A DNA stretch of 64,000 bases from Isurus oxyrinchus (taxonomy: Eukaryota), in the NCBI GenBank assembly GCA_026770705.1, contig JANJGN010000033.1, positions 9,486,001-9,550,000 on the forward strand. The letters are read 5' to 3'. Under the pieces are notes generated by a model. The model was not told the origin of the DNA. It saw only the letters and a list, made by a program, of their open reading frames with translations, and searched no databases. This document shows positions 21,801 to 36,800 of the stretch, piece by piece (position 1 is the first letter of the stretch; each line of letters starts with the position of its first letter). Both the position numbers and the translations under genes were made by a program.

Positions 21801-24800
21801 CTCCATATCACACTTGGAGTAGTGTCCACTGTTCCAGTCTCCATATCACACTTGGAGCACGCTGCACAGTTCGAGTCTCTATATCACACTTGGAGCACTT
21901 TGCACAGTTCCAGTCTCCACATCACACTTGGAGCATTGTAGACAGTTCCAGTCTCCGTATCACGCTTGGAGCACGTTGCACAGCTCCAGTCTCCATATCA
22001 CGCTTGGTGCACTGTGCACAGTTCCAGTCTCCATATCACTCCTGGAGCACTGTGCACAGCTCCAGTCTCCATATCACACTTGGTGCATTGTGTACAGTTC
22101 CAGTCTCCATATAACACTTGGAGCACTGTGTACAATTCCAGTCTCCACATTACTCTTGGAGGAATGTGCAAAGTTCTGCACTCCAAATCACACTTAGAGC
22201 ACTGTACACAGTTCCAGTCTCCATATCACGCTTGGAGCATGTTGCACAGCTCCAGTCTCCATATCACGGTTGGTGCACTGTACACAAATCCAGTCTCCAT
22301 ATCACGCTTGGAGCACTGTGTACAGTTCCATTCTCCATATCAAACTTGGAGTAGTGTCCACTGTTCCAGTCTCCATATCACACTTGGAGCGCTGTGTACA
22401 GTTCCATTCTCCATATTACACTTGGAGGAATGTGCACAGTTCTGGTCTCCAAATCACACTTGGAGCACTGTGCACTGTTCCGTTCTCCATTTCTCGCTTG
22501 GAGGAATGTGCACAGTTCTGGTCTCCAAATCACAGTTGGAGAACTCTACACAGTTCTGGTCTCCATATTACACTTGGAGCACTGTGTAGAGTTCCAGTCC
22601 CAATATCACACTTGGAGCACTGTGCACAGTTCCAGTCTCTATATCACACTTGGAGTACTGTGTACACTTCCGGTCTCCATATCATACTTGGAACAATGTG
22701 TACCGTTCCAGTCTCCATATCATGCTTGGAGAACTATGCACAGTTCCAGTCTCCATATCACACTCGGAGCACTGGGTACAGTTCCTGTCTCCATATGACG
22801 CTTGGAACACTGTGAACAGTTCCAGTCTCCATATCAGACTTGGAGCATTGTGTACAGTTCCAGTACCCATATCAAACTTGGAGCACTGTGAACAGTTCCA
22901 GTCTCCACATCACACTTGGAGCATTGTGCACAGTTCCGGTCTCCAAATCACACTTGGAGCACTGTGCACTGTTCCAGTCTCCACATCACACTTGGAGCAT
23001 TGTGCACAGTTCCGGTCTCCAAATCACACTAGGAGCACTGTGTACAGTACCAGTCTCCAAATCACACTTGGAGCACTGTGTACAGTTCCAGTCTCCAAAT
23101 CACACTTGGAGCACTGTGCACAGTTCCGGTCTCCATTTCTCACTTGGAGCAATGTGCACAGTTCTGGTCACCAAATCACACTTGGAGCACTGTGTACAGT
23201 TCCAGTCTCCAAATCACAGTTGGAGCACTGTGCAGAGTTCCAGTCTCCATTTCGCGATTGGAGCACTGCGTACAGTTCCGGTCTCCATTTCTCGCCTGGA
23301 GCACTGTGTACAGTTCCAGTCTCCTTATCACGCTTGTAGCACTGTGCACAGCTCCAGTCTCCATATCACGCTTGGTGCACTGTGTATAGTTCCAGTCTCC
23401 ATATCACACATGGAGTAGTGTCCACAATTCCAGACTCCATATCACGCTTGGAGAACTATGCACAGTTCCAGTCTGCATATCACACTTGGAGCACTGTGTA
23501 TATTTCCAGTCTCCAAATCACACATGGAGCACAGAGCACAGTTCCAGTCTCCATATCACACTTGGAGCACAGTGCACAGTTCCGATCTCTATTTCAGATT
23601 TAGATAACTGTGTACAGTTCCAGTCTCCAAATCACACTTGGAGCACTATGTAGAGATCCAGTCTCCATATTACACATAGAGCGCTGTGCACAGTTCCAGT
23701 CTCCATATCACGCTTGGAGCACTGTGCACAGCTCCATTCTCCATATCACGCTTGGAGCACTGTGAACAGTTCCAGTCTCCAAATCACACATGGAGTAGTG
23801 TCCACAATTCCAGTCTCCATATCACACTTGGAGCACTGTGCACAGTTCCGGTCTCCATATTACACTTGGAGTCCTGTGTACAGTTCCTGTCTCCATATTA
23901 CACTTGCAGCACTGTGTACAGTTCCTGTCTCCAAATCACACTTGGAGCACTGTGCACAGTTCCAGTCTCTATATCACACTTGGAGCACGGTGCACAGTTC
24001 CAGTCTCCAAATCACACTTGGAGCACTGTGTGCACTTCCAGTCTCCAGATCATACTTGCAGCACTGTGTACAGTTTCAGTCTCCATATCATGCTTGGAGA
24101 ACTATGCACAGTTCCAGTCTCCATATCACACTCGGAGCACTGTGCACAGTTCCAATCTCCAATTCACACTTGGAGCATTGTGTACATTTCCAGTACCCAT
24201 ATCACACTTGGAGCACTGTGAACAGTTCCTGTCTCCATATCACACTTGGAGCATTGTGCACAGTTCCGGTCTCCAAATCACACTTGGAGCACTGTGCACT
24301 GTTCCGGTCTCCATTTCTCACTTGGAGGAATGTGCACAGTTCTGGTCTCCAAATCACACTAGGAGCACTGTGTACAATCCGAGTCTCTAAATCACACTTG
24401 GAGCACTGTGTACGGTTCCAGTCTCCAAATCACACTTGGAGCACTGTGCACAGTTCCGGTCTCCCTTTCTCACTTGCAGCACTGTACACAGTTCTGGTCA
24501 CCAAATCACACTTGGTGCACTATGTACAGTTCCAGTCTCCAAATCACAGTTGGAGAACTGTGCACAGTTCCGGTCTCCATATCACGCTTGGAGAACTCTG
24601 CACAGCTCCAGTCTCCATATCACGCTTGGTGCACTGTGTACATTTCCAGTCTCCATATCACACTTGGAGTAGTGTCCACAGTTCCAGCCTCCATATCACA
24701 CTTGGAGCACTGTGCACAGTTCTGGTCTCCACTTCTCACTTGGAGCACTGTGCACAGTTCTGGTCTCCAAATCACACTTGGAGCACTGCGTACAGTTCCA

Positions 24801-27800
24801 GTCTCCATATCACACTTGGAGCACTGCGTACAGTTCCAGTCTCTATATCACACTTGTAGCATTGTGCACAGTTCCGGTCTCTATGTCATACTTGGAGCAC
24901 TGTGTACAGTTCCATTCTCCATATCACGCTTGGAGCACTATGCACAGTTCCAGTCTCCATATCACACTTGCAGCACTGTGTATATTTCCAGTCTCCAAAT
25001 CACACATAGAGCACAGAGCACAGTTCCAATCTCCATATCACACTTGGAGCACAGTGCACAGTACCGGTCTCCAAATCACTCTTGGAGAACTGTGTATAAA
25101 TCCAGTCTCCATATCATGCTTGGTGCACTGTGTACAGTTCCAGTCTCCATATTACACTTGGAGTAGTGTACACTGTTCCAGTCTCCATATCACACTTGGA
25201 GCACGCTGCACAGTTCGAGTCTCTATATCACACTTGGAGCACTGTGTACAGTTCCAGTCTCCAAATCACACTTGGAGCTCTTTGCACAGTTCCAGTCTCC
25301 ACATCACACTTGGAGCACTGTAGCCAGTTCCAGTCTCCATATCACGCTTGGAGCACTGTGCACAGCTCCAGTCTCCATATCACACTTGGAGCACTGTGCA
25401 CAGATCCAGTCTCCATATCACACTTGGAGCACTGTGCACAGATCCAGTCTCCATATCACACTTGGAGCACTGTGTACAGTTCCAGTCTCCATTTTAATCT
25501 TAGAGGAATGTGCACAGTTCTGCACTCCAAATCACACTTGGAGCACTGTGTACAGTTCCAGTCTCCATATCAAACTTGGAGTAGTGTCCACTGTTCCAGT
25601 CTCCATATCACACTTGGAGCGCTGTGTCCAGTTCCAGTCTCCATATTATACTTGGAGCATTGTGTACAGTTCCAGTCTCCATATCACACTTGGAGTAATG
25701 TGCACAGTTCCGGTCTCCATTTCTCGCTTGGAGGAATGTGCACAAATCTGGTCCCCAAATCACACTTGGAGCACTGTGTACAGTTCCAGTCTCCATATCA
25801 CACTTGGAGCACTATGCTCTGTTCCAGTCTCCATATCACACTTGGAGCACTGTGCACTGTTCCGGTCTCCATATCACACTTGGAGCACTGTGCACTGTTC
25901 CGGTCTCCATATCACACTTGGAGCATTGTGCACAGTTCCAGTCTATGTTTCTCACTTGGAGCACTGTGTACAGTTCCTTTCTCCATTTCTCGCTTGGAGC
26001 ACTGTGTATAGTTCTGGTCTCCATATCACACATGGAGCGCTGTGTACAGTTCCAGTCTCCATATCGCACTTGGAGCACTGTCTACAGTTCCAGTCTCCAA
26101 ATCACACTTGGGGCACTGTGCACAGATCCGGTCTCCATTTCTTACTTGGAGGAATGTGCACAGATCTGGTCTCCAAATCACACTTGGAGAACTGTGCACA
26201 GTGGTGGTTTCCATATTACACTTGGAGCACTGTACTCAGTTCCAGTTTCCATGTCACACTTGGTGCACTGTGCACAGTTCCAGTCTCCATATCACACTTG
26301 GAGCACTGTACTCAGTTCCAATCTCCATATCACACTTGGAGCACTGTGCAGAGATCCAGTCTCCATATCATGCTTGGTGCACTGTGTACAGTTCCAGTCT
26401 CCATATCACACTTGGAGTAGTGTCCACTGTTCCAGTCTCCATATCACACTTGGAGCACGCTGCACAGTTCGAGTCTCTATATCACACTTGGAGCACTGTG
26501 TACAGTTCCAGTCTCCAAATCACACTTGGAGCACTTTGCACAGTTCCAGTCTCCACATCACACTTGGAGCATCGTAGACAGTTCCAGTCTCCGTATCACG
26601 CTTGGAGCACGTAGCACAGCTGCAGTCTCCATATCACACTTGGTGCATTGTGTACAGTTCCAGTCTCCATATAACACTTGGAGCACTGTGTACAGTTCCA
26701 GTCTCCACATTACTCTTGGAGGAATGTGCAAAGTTCTGCACTCCAATTCACACTTAGAGCACTGTACACAGTTCCAGTCTCCATATCACGCTTGGAGCAT
26801 GTTGCACAGCTCCAGTCTCCATATCACGGTTGGTGCACTGTACACAAATCCAGTCTCCATATCACGCTTGGAGCACTGTGTACAGTTCCATTCTCCATAT
26901 CAAACTTGGAGTAGTGTCCACTGTTCCAGTCTCCATATCACACTTGGAGCGCTGTGTACAGTTCCATTCTCCATATTACACTTGGAGGAATGTGCACAGT
27001 TCTGGTCTCCAAATCACACTTGGAGCACTGTGCACTGTTCCGTTCTCCATTTCTCGCTTGGAGGAATGTGCACAGTTCTGGTCTCCAAATCACAGTTGGA
27101 GAACTCTACACAGTTCTGGTCTCCATATTACACTTGGAGCACTGTGTAGAGTTCCAGTCCCAATATCACACTTGGAGCACTGTGCACAGTTCCAGTCTCT
27201 ATATCACACTTGGAGTACTGTGTACACTTCCGGTCTCCATATCATACTTGGAACAATGTGTACCGTTCCAGTCTCCATATCATGCTTGGAGAACTATGCA
27301 CAGTTCCAGTCTCCATATCACACTCGGAGCACTGGGTACAGTTCCTGTCTCCATATGACGCTTGGAACACTGTGAACAGTTCCAGTCTCCATATCAGACT
27401 TGGAGCATTGTGAACAGTTCCAGTCTCCAAATCACACATGGAGTAGTGTCCACAATTCCAGTCTCCATATCACACTTGGAGCACTGTGCACAGTTCCAGT
27501 CTCCATATCACACTTGGAGAACTGCATACAGTCCAGTCTCTATATCACACTTGGAGCATTGTGCACAGTTCCGGTCTCTATGTCATATTTGGAGCACTGT
27601 GTACAGTTCCAGTCTCCATATCTCGCTTGGAGAACTATGCACAGTTCCAGTCTGCATATCACACTTGGAGCACTGTGTATATTTCCAGTCTCCAAATCAC
27701 ACATGGAGCACAGAGCACTGTTCCAGTCTCCATATCACACTTGGAGCACAGTGCACAGTTCCGATCTCCATTTCAGATTTAGATAACTGTGTACAGTTCC

Positions 27801-30800
27801 AGTCTCCAAATCACACTTGGAGCACTATGTAGAGATCCAGTCTCCATATTACACGTAGAGCATTGTGCACAGTTCCAGTCTCCATTTCACACTTGGAGCT
27901 CTGTGTACAGTTCCAGTCTCCAAATCACACTTGGAACACTGTGCACAGTTCCAGTCTCCATTTCCTGCTTGGTGCACTGTGTGTAGTTCCGGTCTCCATT
28001 TCTCGCTTGGAGCACTGTGTATAGTTCCAGTCTCCATATCACACTCGGAGCACTGTGCACAGTTCCAATCTCCATATCACACTTGGAGCATTGTGTACAT
28101 TTCCAGTACGCATATCACACTTGGAGCACTGTGAACAGTTCCTGTCTCCATATCACACTTGGAGCATTGTGCACAGTTCCGGTCTCCATTTCACACTTGG
28201 AGCACTGTGCACAGTTCCAGTCTCTATATCACACTTGGAGCACGGTGCACATTTCCAGTCTCTATATCACACTTGGAGCACGGTGCACGGTTCCAGTCTC
28301 TATATCACACTTGGAGCACTGTATACGGTTCCGATCTCCATATCATACTTGGAGCACTGTGTACAGTTCCAGTCTCCAAATCACACTTGGAGAACAGTGC
28401 ACAGTTCGGGTCTCCATATAACACTTGGAGCACTGTTTACAGTTCCAGTCCCCATATCACACTTGGAGCACTGTGCACAGTTCCAGTCTCCATATCACAC
28501 TTGGAGCACTGTGTACAGTTCCAGTCACCAAATCACACTTGGAGCACTGTGCACAGTTCCAGTCTCCACATCAAACTTGGAGCACTGTGTACAGATCCGG
28601 TCTCCATTTCACACTTGGAGGAATGTGCACAGATCTGGTCGCCAAATCACACTTGGAGAACTCTGCACAGTGGTGGTTTCCATATTTCACTTGGAGGACT
28701 GTACTCAGTTCCAATCTCCATATCACACTTGGAGCACTGTGCACAGTTCCAGTCTCGATATCACACTTGGAGCACTGCGTACAATTCCAGTCTCTATATC
28801 ACACCTGGAGCATTGTGCACAGTTCCAGTCTCTATGTCATACCTGGAGCACTGTGTACAGTTCCAGTCTCCATATCACGCTTGGAGAACTATGCACAGTT
28901 CCAGTCTGCATCTCACACTTGGAGGACTGTGTATATTTCCAGTCTCCAAATCACACATGGAGCACAGAGCACAGTTCCAGTCTCCATATCACACTTGGAG
29001 CAAAGTGCACAGTTCCGATCTCCATTTCAGATTTAGATAACTGTGTACAGTTCCAGTCTCCAAATCACACTTGGAGCACTGTGTACAGTTCCAGTCTCCA
29101 TATCACGCTTGGAGCACTATGCACAGTTCCAGTCTCCATATCACACTTGGAGCACTGTGTATATTTCCAGTCTCCAAAATAACACATAGAGCACAGAGCA
29201 CAGTTCCAGTCTCCATATCACACTTGGAGCACAGTGCACAGTTCCGGTCTCAATTTCATATCTGGAGCCCCGTGTACAGTTCCAGTCTCCAGATCGCACT
29301 TGGAGAACTGTGTATAGATCCAGTCTCCATATTACACGTAGAGCATTGTGCACAGTTCCAGTCTCCATTTCACACTTGGAGCACTGTGCACAGTTCCAGT
29401 CTCTATATCACACTTGGAGCACGGTGCACATTTCCAGTCTCTATATCACACTTGGAGCACAGTGCACAGTTCCAGTCTCCATATCACACTTGGAGCACTG
29501 TGCACAGTTCCAGTCTCCATATCACACTTGGAGCACTGTGTACAGTTCCAGTCTCTATATCACACTTGGAGCACGGTGCACAGTTCCGGTCTCCATATCA
29601 CACTTGGAGCACTGTGCACAGTTCCAGTCTCCAAATCACACTTGGAGCACTGTGTACAGTTCCAGTCTCTATATCACACTTGGAGCACCGTGCACATTTC
29701 TAGTCTCTATATCACACTTGGAGCACAGTGCACAGTTCCAGTCTCCACATCACACTTGGAGCACTGTGCACAGTTCCAGTCTCCATATCACATGTGGAGC
29801 ACTGTGTACAGTTCCAGTCTCCAAATCACACTTGGAGCACTGTGCACAGTTCCAGTCTCCATATCACGCTTGGTGCACTGTGTACAGTTCCAGTCTCCAT
29901 ATCACACTTGGAGTAGTGTCCACAGTTCAGGCCTCCATCTCACACTTGGAGTACTGTGCACAGTTCTGGTCTCCACTTCTGACTTGGAGCACTGTGCACA
30001 GTTCCGATCTCCAAATCACACTTGGAGCACTGTTTACAGTTCCAGTCTCCAAATCAAACTTGGAGCACTGTGCACCGTTCCAGTCTCTATATCACACTTG
30101 GAGCACTGTGCACAGTTCCAGTCTCCATATCACACTTGGAGCACTGTGCACAGCTCCAGTCTCCATATCACAATTGGAGCACTGTGCACAGTTCCAGTCT
30201 CCATATCACTCTTGGAGCACTGCCTACAGTTCCAGTCTCCATATCACACTTGGAGCACTGTGCACAGTTCCAGTCTCGATATCACACTTGGAGCACTGCA
30301 TACAGTTCCAGTCTCTATACCACACTTGGAGCATTGTGCACAGTTCCGGTCTGTATGTCATATTTGGAGAACTGTGTACAGTTCCAGTCTCCATATCTCG
30401 CTTGGAGAACTATGCACAGTTCCAGTCTGCATATCACACTTGGAGCACTGTGTATATTTCCAGTCTCCAAATCACACATGGAGCACAGAGCACTGTTCCA
30501 GTCTCCATATCACACTTGGAGCACAGTGCACAGTTCCGATCTCCATTTCAGATTTAGATAACTGTGTACAGTTCCAGTCTCCAAATCACACTTGGAGCAC
30601 TATGTAGAGATCCAGTCTCCATATTACACGTAGAGCATTGTGCACAGTTCCAGTCTCCATTTCACACTTGGATCACTATGCACAGTTCTGGTCTCCAAAT
30701 CACACAAGGAGCACTATGCACATTTCCATTCTCTATATCACACTTGGAGCACGGTGCACAGTTCCAGTCTCCAAATCACACTTGGAGCACTGTGCACAGT

Positions 30801-33800
30801 TCCAGTCTCCATTTCTCACTTGGAGCACTGTGCACAGTTCTGGTCACCAAATCACACTTGGAGCACTGTGTACAGTTCCAGTCTCCAAATCACACTTGGA
30901 ACACTGTGCACAGTTCCAGTCTCCATTTCCTGCTTGGAGTCCTGTGTACAGTTCCTGTCTCCATATTACACTTGGAGCCCTGTGTACAGTTCCTGTCTCC
31001 AAATCACACTTGGAGCACTGTGCACAATTCCAGTCTCTATATCACACTTGGAGCACGGTGCACAGTTCCAGTCTCTATATCACACTTGGAGCACTGTGTA
31101 CACTTCCAGTCTCCAGATCATACTTACAGCACTGTGTACAGTTTCAGTCTCCATATCATGCTTGGAGAACTATGCACAGTTCCAGTCTCCATATCACACT
31201 CGGAGCACTGTGCACAGTTCCAATCTCCGTATCACACTTGGAGCATTGTGTACATTTCCAGTACCCATATCACACTTGGAGCATTGTGTACAGTTCCAGT
31301 CTCCGTATCACGCTTGGAGCACAGAGCATAGTTCCAGTCTCCATATCACACTTGGAGCACAGTGCACAGATCCGGTCTCTATTTCATATCTGGAGCCCAG
31401 TGTACAGTTCCAGTCTCCAAATCACACATGGAGCACTGTGCACAGCTCCAGTCTCCATATTACAAGTAGAGCATTATGCACAGTTCCAGTCTCCATTTCA
31501 CACTTGGAGCACTGTGCACAGTTCCAGTCTCTATATCACACTTGGAGCACGGTGCACATTTCCAGTCTCTATATCACACTTGGAGCACGGTGCACGGTTC
31601 CAGTCTCTATATCACACTTGGAGCACTGTATACGGTTCCGATCTCCATATCACACTTGGAGCACTGTGTACAGTTCCAGTATCCATATCACACTTGGTGC
31701 ACTGTGCACAGTTGCAGTCTCCATATCACACTTGGAGCACTGTACTCAGTTCCAATCTCCATATCACACTTGGAGCACTGTGCACAGTTCCAGTCTCGAT
31801 ATCACACTTGGAGCACTGCGTACAATTCCAGTCTCTATATCACACCTGGAGCATTGTGCACAGTTCCAGTCTCTATGTCATACCTGGAGCACTGTGTACA
31901 GTTCCAGTCTCCATATCACGCTTGGAGAACTATGCACAGTTCCAGTCTGCATATCACACTTGGAGCACTGTGTATATTTCCAGTCTCCAAATCACACATG
32001 GAGCACAGAGCACAGTTCCAGTCTCCATATCACACTTGGAGCAAAGTGCACAGTTCCGATCTCCATTTCAGATTTAGATAACTGTGTACAGTTCCAGTCT
32101 CCAAATCACACTTGGAGCACTGTGTACAGTTCCAGTCTCCATATCACGCTTGGAGCACTATGCACAGTTCCAGTCTCCATATCACACTTGGAGCACTGTG
32201 TATATTTCCAGTCTCCAAATCACACATAGAGCACAGAGCACAGTTCCAGTCTCCATATCACACTTGGAGCAAAGTGCACAGTTCCGATCTCCATTTCAGA
32301 TTTAGATAACTGTGTACAGTTCCAGTCTCCAAATCACACTTGGAGCACTATGTAGAGATCCAGTCTCCATATTACACGTAGAGCATTGTGCACAGTTCCA
32401 GTCTCCATTTCACACTTGGAGCACTATGCACAGTTCCAGTCTCCAAATCACACAAGGAGCACTATGCACATTTCCATTCTCTATATCACACTTGGAGCAC
32501 GGTGCACAGTTCCAGTCTCCAAATCACACTTGGAGCACTGTGCACAGTTCCGGTCTCCATTTCTCACTTGGAGCACTGTGCACAGTTCTGGTCACCAAAT
32601 CACACTTGGAGCACTGTGTACAGTTCCAGTCTCCAAATCACACTTGGAACACTGTGCACAGTTCCAGTCTCCATTTCCTGCTTGGAGTCCTGTGTACAGT
32701 TCCTGTCTCCATATTACACTTGGAGCCCTGTGTACAGTTCCTGTCTCCAAATCACACTTGGAGCACTGTGCACAGTTCCAGTCTCTATATCACACTTGGA
32801 GCACGGTGCACAGTTCCAGTCTCTATATCACACTTGGAGCACTGTGTACACTTCCAGTCTCCAGATCATACTTGCAGCACTGTGTACAGTTTCAGTCTCC
32901 ATATCATGCTTGGAGAACTATGCACAGTTCCAGTCTCCATATCACACTCGGAGCACTGTGCACAGTTCCTATCTCCGTATCACACTTGGAGCATTGTGTA
33001 CATTTCCAGTACCCACATCACACTTGGAGCACTGTGTAGAGTTCCAGTCTCCATATCACGCTTGGAGCACAGAGCATAGTTCCAGTCTCCATATCACACT
33101 TGGAGCACAGTGCACAGATCCGGTCTCTATTTCATATCTGGAGCCCAGTGTACAGTTCCAGTCTCCAAATCACACATGGAGCACTGTGCACAGCTCCAGT
33201 CTCCATATTACAAGTAGAGCATTATGCACAGTTCCAGTCTCCATTTCACACTTGGAGCACTGTGCACAGTTCCAGTCTCTATATCACACTTGGAGCACGG
33301 TGCACATTTCCAGTCTCTATATCACACTTGGAGCACGGTGCACGGTTCCAGTCTCTATATCACACTTGGAGCACTGTATACGGTTCCGATCTCCATATCA
33401 CACTTGGAGCACTGTGTACAGTTCCAGTATCCATATCACACTTGGTGCACTGTGCACAGTTGCAGTCTCCATATCACACTTGGAGCACTGTACTCAGTTC
33501 CAATCTCCATATCACACTTGGAGCACTGTGCACAGTTCCAGTCTCGATATCACACTTGGAGCACTGCGTACAATTCCAGTCTCTATATCACACCTGGAGC
33601 ATTGTGCACAGTTCCAGTCTCTATGTCATACCTGGAGCACTGTGTACAGTTCCAGTCTCCATATCACGCTTGGAGAACTATGCACAGTTCCAGTCTGCAT
33701 ATCACACTTGGAGCACTGTGTATATTTCCAGTCTCCAAATCACACATGGAGCACAGAGCACAGTTCCAGTCTCCATATCACACTTGGAGCAAAGTGCACA

Positions 33801-36800
33801 GTTCCGATCTCCATTTCAGATTTAGATAACTGTGTACAGTTCCAGTCTCCAAATCACACTTGGAGCACTGTGTACAGTTCCAGTCTCCATATCACGCTTG
33901 GAGCACTATGCACAGTTCCAGTCTCCATATCACACTTGGAGCACTGTCTATATTTCCAGTCTCCAAATCACACATAGAGCACAGAGCACAGTTCCAGTCT
34001 CCATATCACACTTGGAGCACAGTGCACAGTTCCGGTCTCAATTTCATATCTGGAGCCCTGTGTACAGTTCCAGTCTCCAAATCACACTTGGAGCACTGTG
34101 TATAGATCCAGTCTCCATATTACACGTAGAGCATTGTGCACAGTTCCAGTCTCCATTTCACACTTGGAGCACTGTGCACAGTTCCAGTCTCTATATCACA
34201 CTTGGAGCACGGTGCACATTTCCAGTCTCTATATCACACTTGGAGCACAGTGCACAGTTCCAGTCTCCATATCACACTTGGAGCACTGTGCACAGTTCCA
34301 GTCTCCATATCACACTTGGAGCACTGTGTACAGTTCCAGTCTCCAAATCACACTTGGAGCACTGTGCACAGTTCCAGTCTCCATATCACACTTGGAGCAC
34401 TGCATACAGTTCCAGTCTCCATATCACACTTGGAGCACTGTGCACAGTTCCAGTCTCGATATCACACTTGGAGCACTGCATACAGTTCCAGTCTCTATAT
34501 CACACTTGGAGCATTGTGCACAGTTCCGGTCTCTATGTCATATTTGGAGCACTGTGTACAGTTCCAGTCTCCATATCTCGCTTGGAGAACTATGCACTGT
34601 TCCAGTCTGCATATCACACTTGGAGCACTGTGTATATTTCCAGTCTCCAAATCACACATGGAGCACAGAGCACTGTTCCAGTCTCCATATCACACTTGGA
34701 GCACAGTGCACAGTTCCGATCTCCATTTCAGATTTAGATAACTGTGTACAGTTCCAGTCTCCAAATCACACTTGGAGAACTATGTAGAGATCCAGTCTCC
34801 ATATTCCACGTAGAGCATTGTGCACAGTTCCAGTCTCCATTTCACACTTGGAGCACTATGCACAGTTCCAGTCTCCAAATCACACAAGGAGCACTATGCA
34901 CATTTCCATTCTCTATATCACACTTGGAGCACGGTGCACAGTTCCAGTCTCCAAATCACACTTGGAGCACTGTGCACAGTTCCGGTCTCCATTTCTCACT
35001 TGGAGCACTGTGCACAGTTCTGGTCACCAAATCACACTTGGAGCACTGTGTACAGTTCCAGTCTCCAAATCACACTTGGAACACTGCGCACAGTTCCAGT
35101 CTCCATTTCCTGCTTGGAGTCCTGTGTACAGTTCCTGTCTCCATATCACACTTGGAGCACTGTGCACAGTTCCAGTCTCAATATCACACTTGGAGCACTG
35201 TGTACAGTTCCAGTCTCCATGTCACGCTTGGAGAACTATGCACAGTTCCAGTCTGCATATCACACTTGGAGCACTGCGTATATTTCCAGTCTCCAAATCA
35301 CACATGGAGCACAGAGCACAGTTCCAGTCTCCATATCACACTTGGAGCAAAGTGCACAATTCCGATCTCCATTTCAGATTTAGATAACTGTGTACAGTTC
35401 CAGTCTCCAAATCACACATGGAGCACTGTGTACAGTTCCGGTCTCAATTTCATATCTGGAGCCCTGTGTACAGTTCCATTCTCCAAATCACACTTGGAGC
35501 ACTGTGTATAGATCCAGTCTCCATATTACACGTAGAGCATTGTGCACAGTTCCAGTCTCCATTTCACACTTGGAGCACGGTGCACATTTCCAGTCTCCAT
35601 ATCACACTTGGAGCACTGTGCACAGTTCCAGTCTCCATATCACACTTGGAGCACTGTGTACAGTTCCAGTCTCCAAATCACACTTGGAGCACTGTGCACA
35701 GTTCCAGTCTCCATATCACGCTTGGTGCACTGTGTACAGTTCCAGCCTCCATCTCACACTTGGAGTACTGTGCACAGTTCTGGTCTCCACTTCTGACTTG
35801 GAGCACTGTGCACAGTTCCGATCTCCAAATCACACTTGGAGCACTGTTTACAGTTCCAGTCTCCAAATCACACTTGGAGCACTGTGCACCGTTCCAGTCT
35901 CTATATCACACTTGGAGCACTGTGCACAGTTCCAGTCTCCATATCACACTTGGAGCACTGTGCACAGCTCCAGTCTCCATATCACAATTGGCGCACTGTG
36001 CACAGTTCCAGTCTCCATATCACTCTTGGAGCACTGCATACAGTTCCAGTCTCCATATCACACTTGGAGCACTGGGCACAGTTCCAGTCTCCATATCACA
36101 CTTGGAGCACTGCATACAGTTCCAGTCTCTATATCACACTTGGAGCATTGTGCACAGTTCCGGTCTCTATGTCATATTTGGAGCACTGTGTACAGTTCCA
36201 GTCTCCATATCTCGCTTGGAGGAATGTGCACAGTTCTGGTCTCCAAATCACACTAGGAGCACTGTGTACAATCTGAGTCTCCAAATCACACTAGGAGCAC
36301 TGTGTACAGTTCCAGTCTCCAAATCACACTTGGAGCACTGTGCACAGTTCCGGTCTCCCTTTCTCACTTGCAGCACTGTACACAGTTCTGGTCACCAAAT
36401 CACACTTGGAGCACTATGTACAGTTCCAGTCTCCAAATCACACTTGGAGCACTGTGCACAGTTCCGGTCTCCATATCATGCTTGGAGCACTCTGCACAGT
36501 TCCAGTCTCCAAATCACACTTGGAGCACTGTGCACAGTTCCGGTCTCCCTTTCTCACTTGCAGCACTGTACACTGTTCTGGTCACCAAATCACACTTGGA
36601 GCACTATGTACAGTTCCAGTCTCCAAATCACACTTGGAGCACGGTGCACAGTTCCAGTCTCTATATCACACTTGGAGCACTGTATATGGTTCCGATCTCC
36701 ATATCATACTTGGAGCACTGTGTACAGTTCCAGTCTCCAAATCACACTTGGAGAACTGTGTACAGTTCGGGTCTCCATATAACACTTGGAGCACTGTTTA

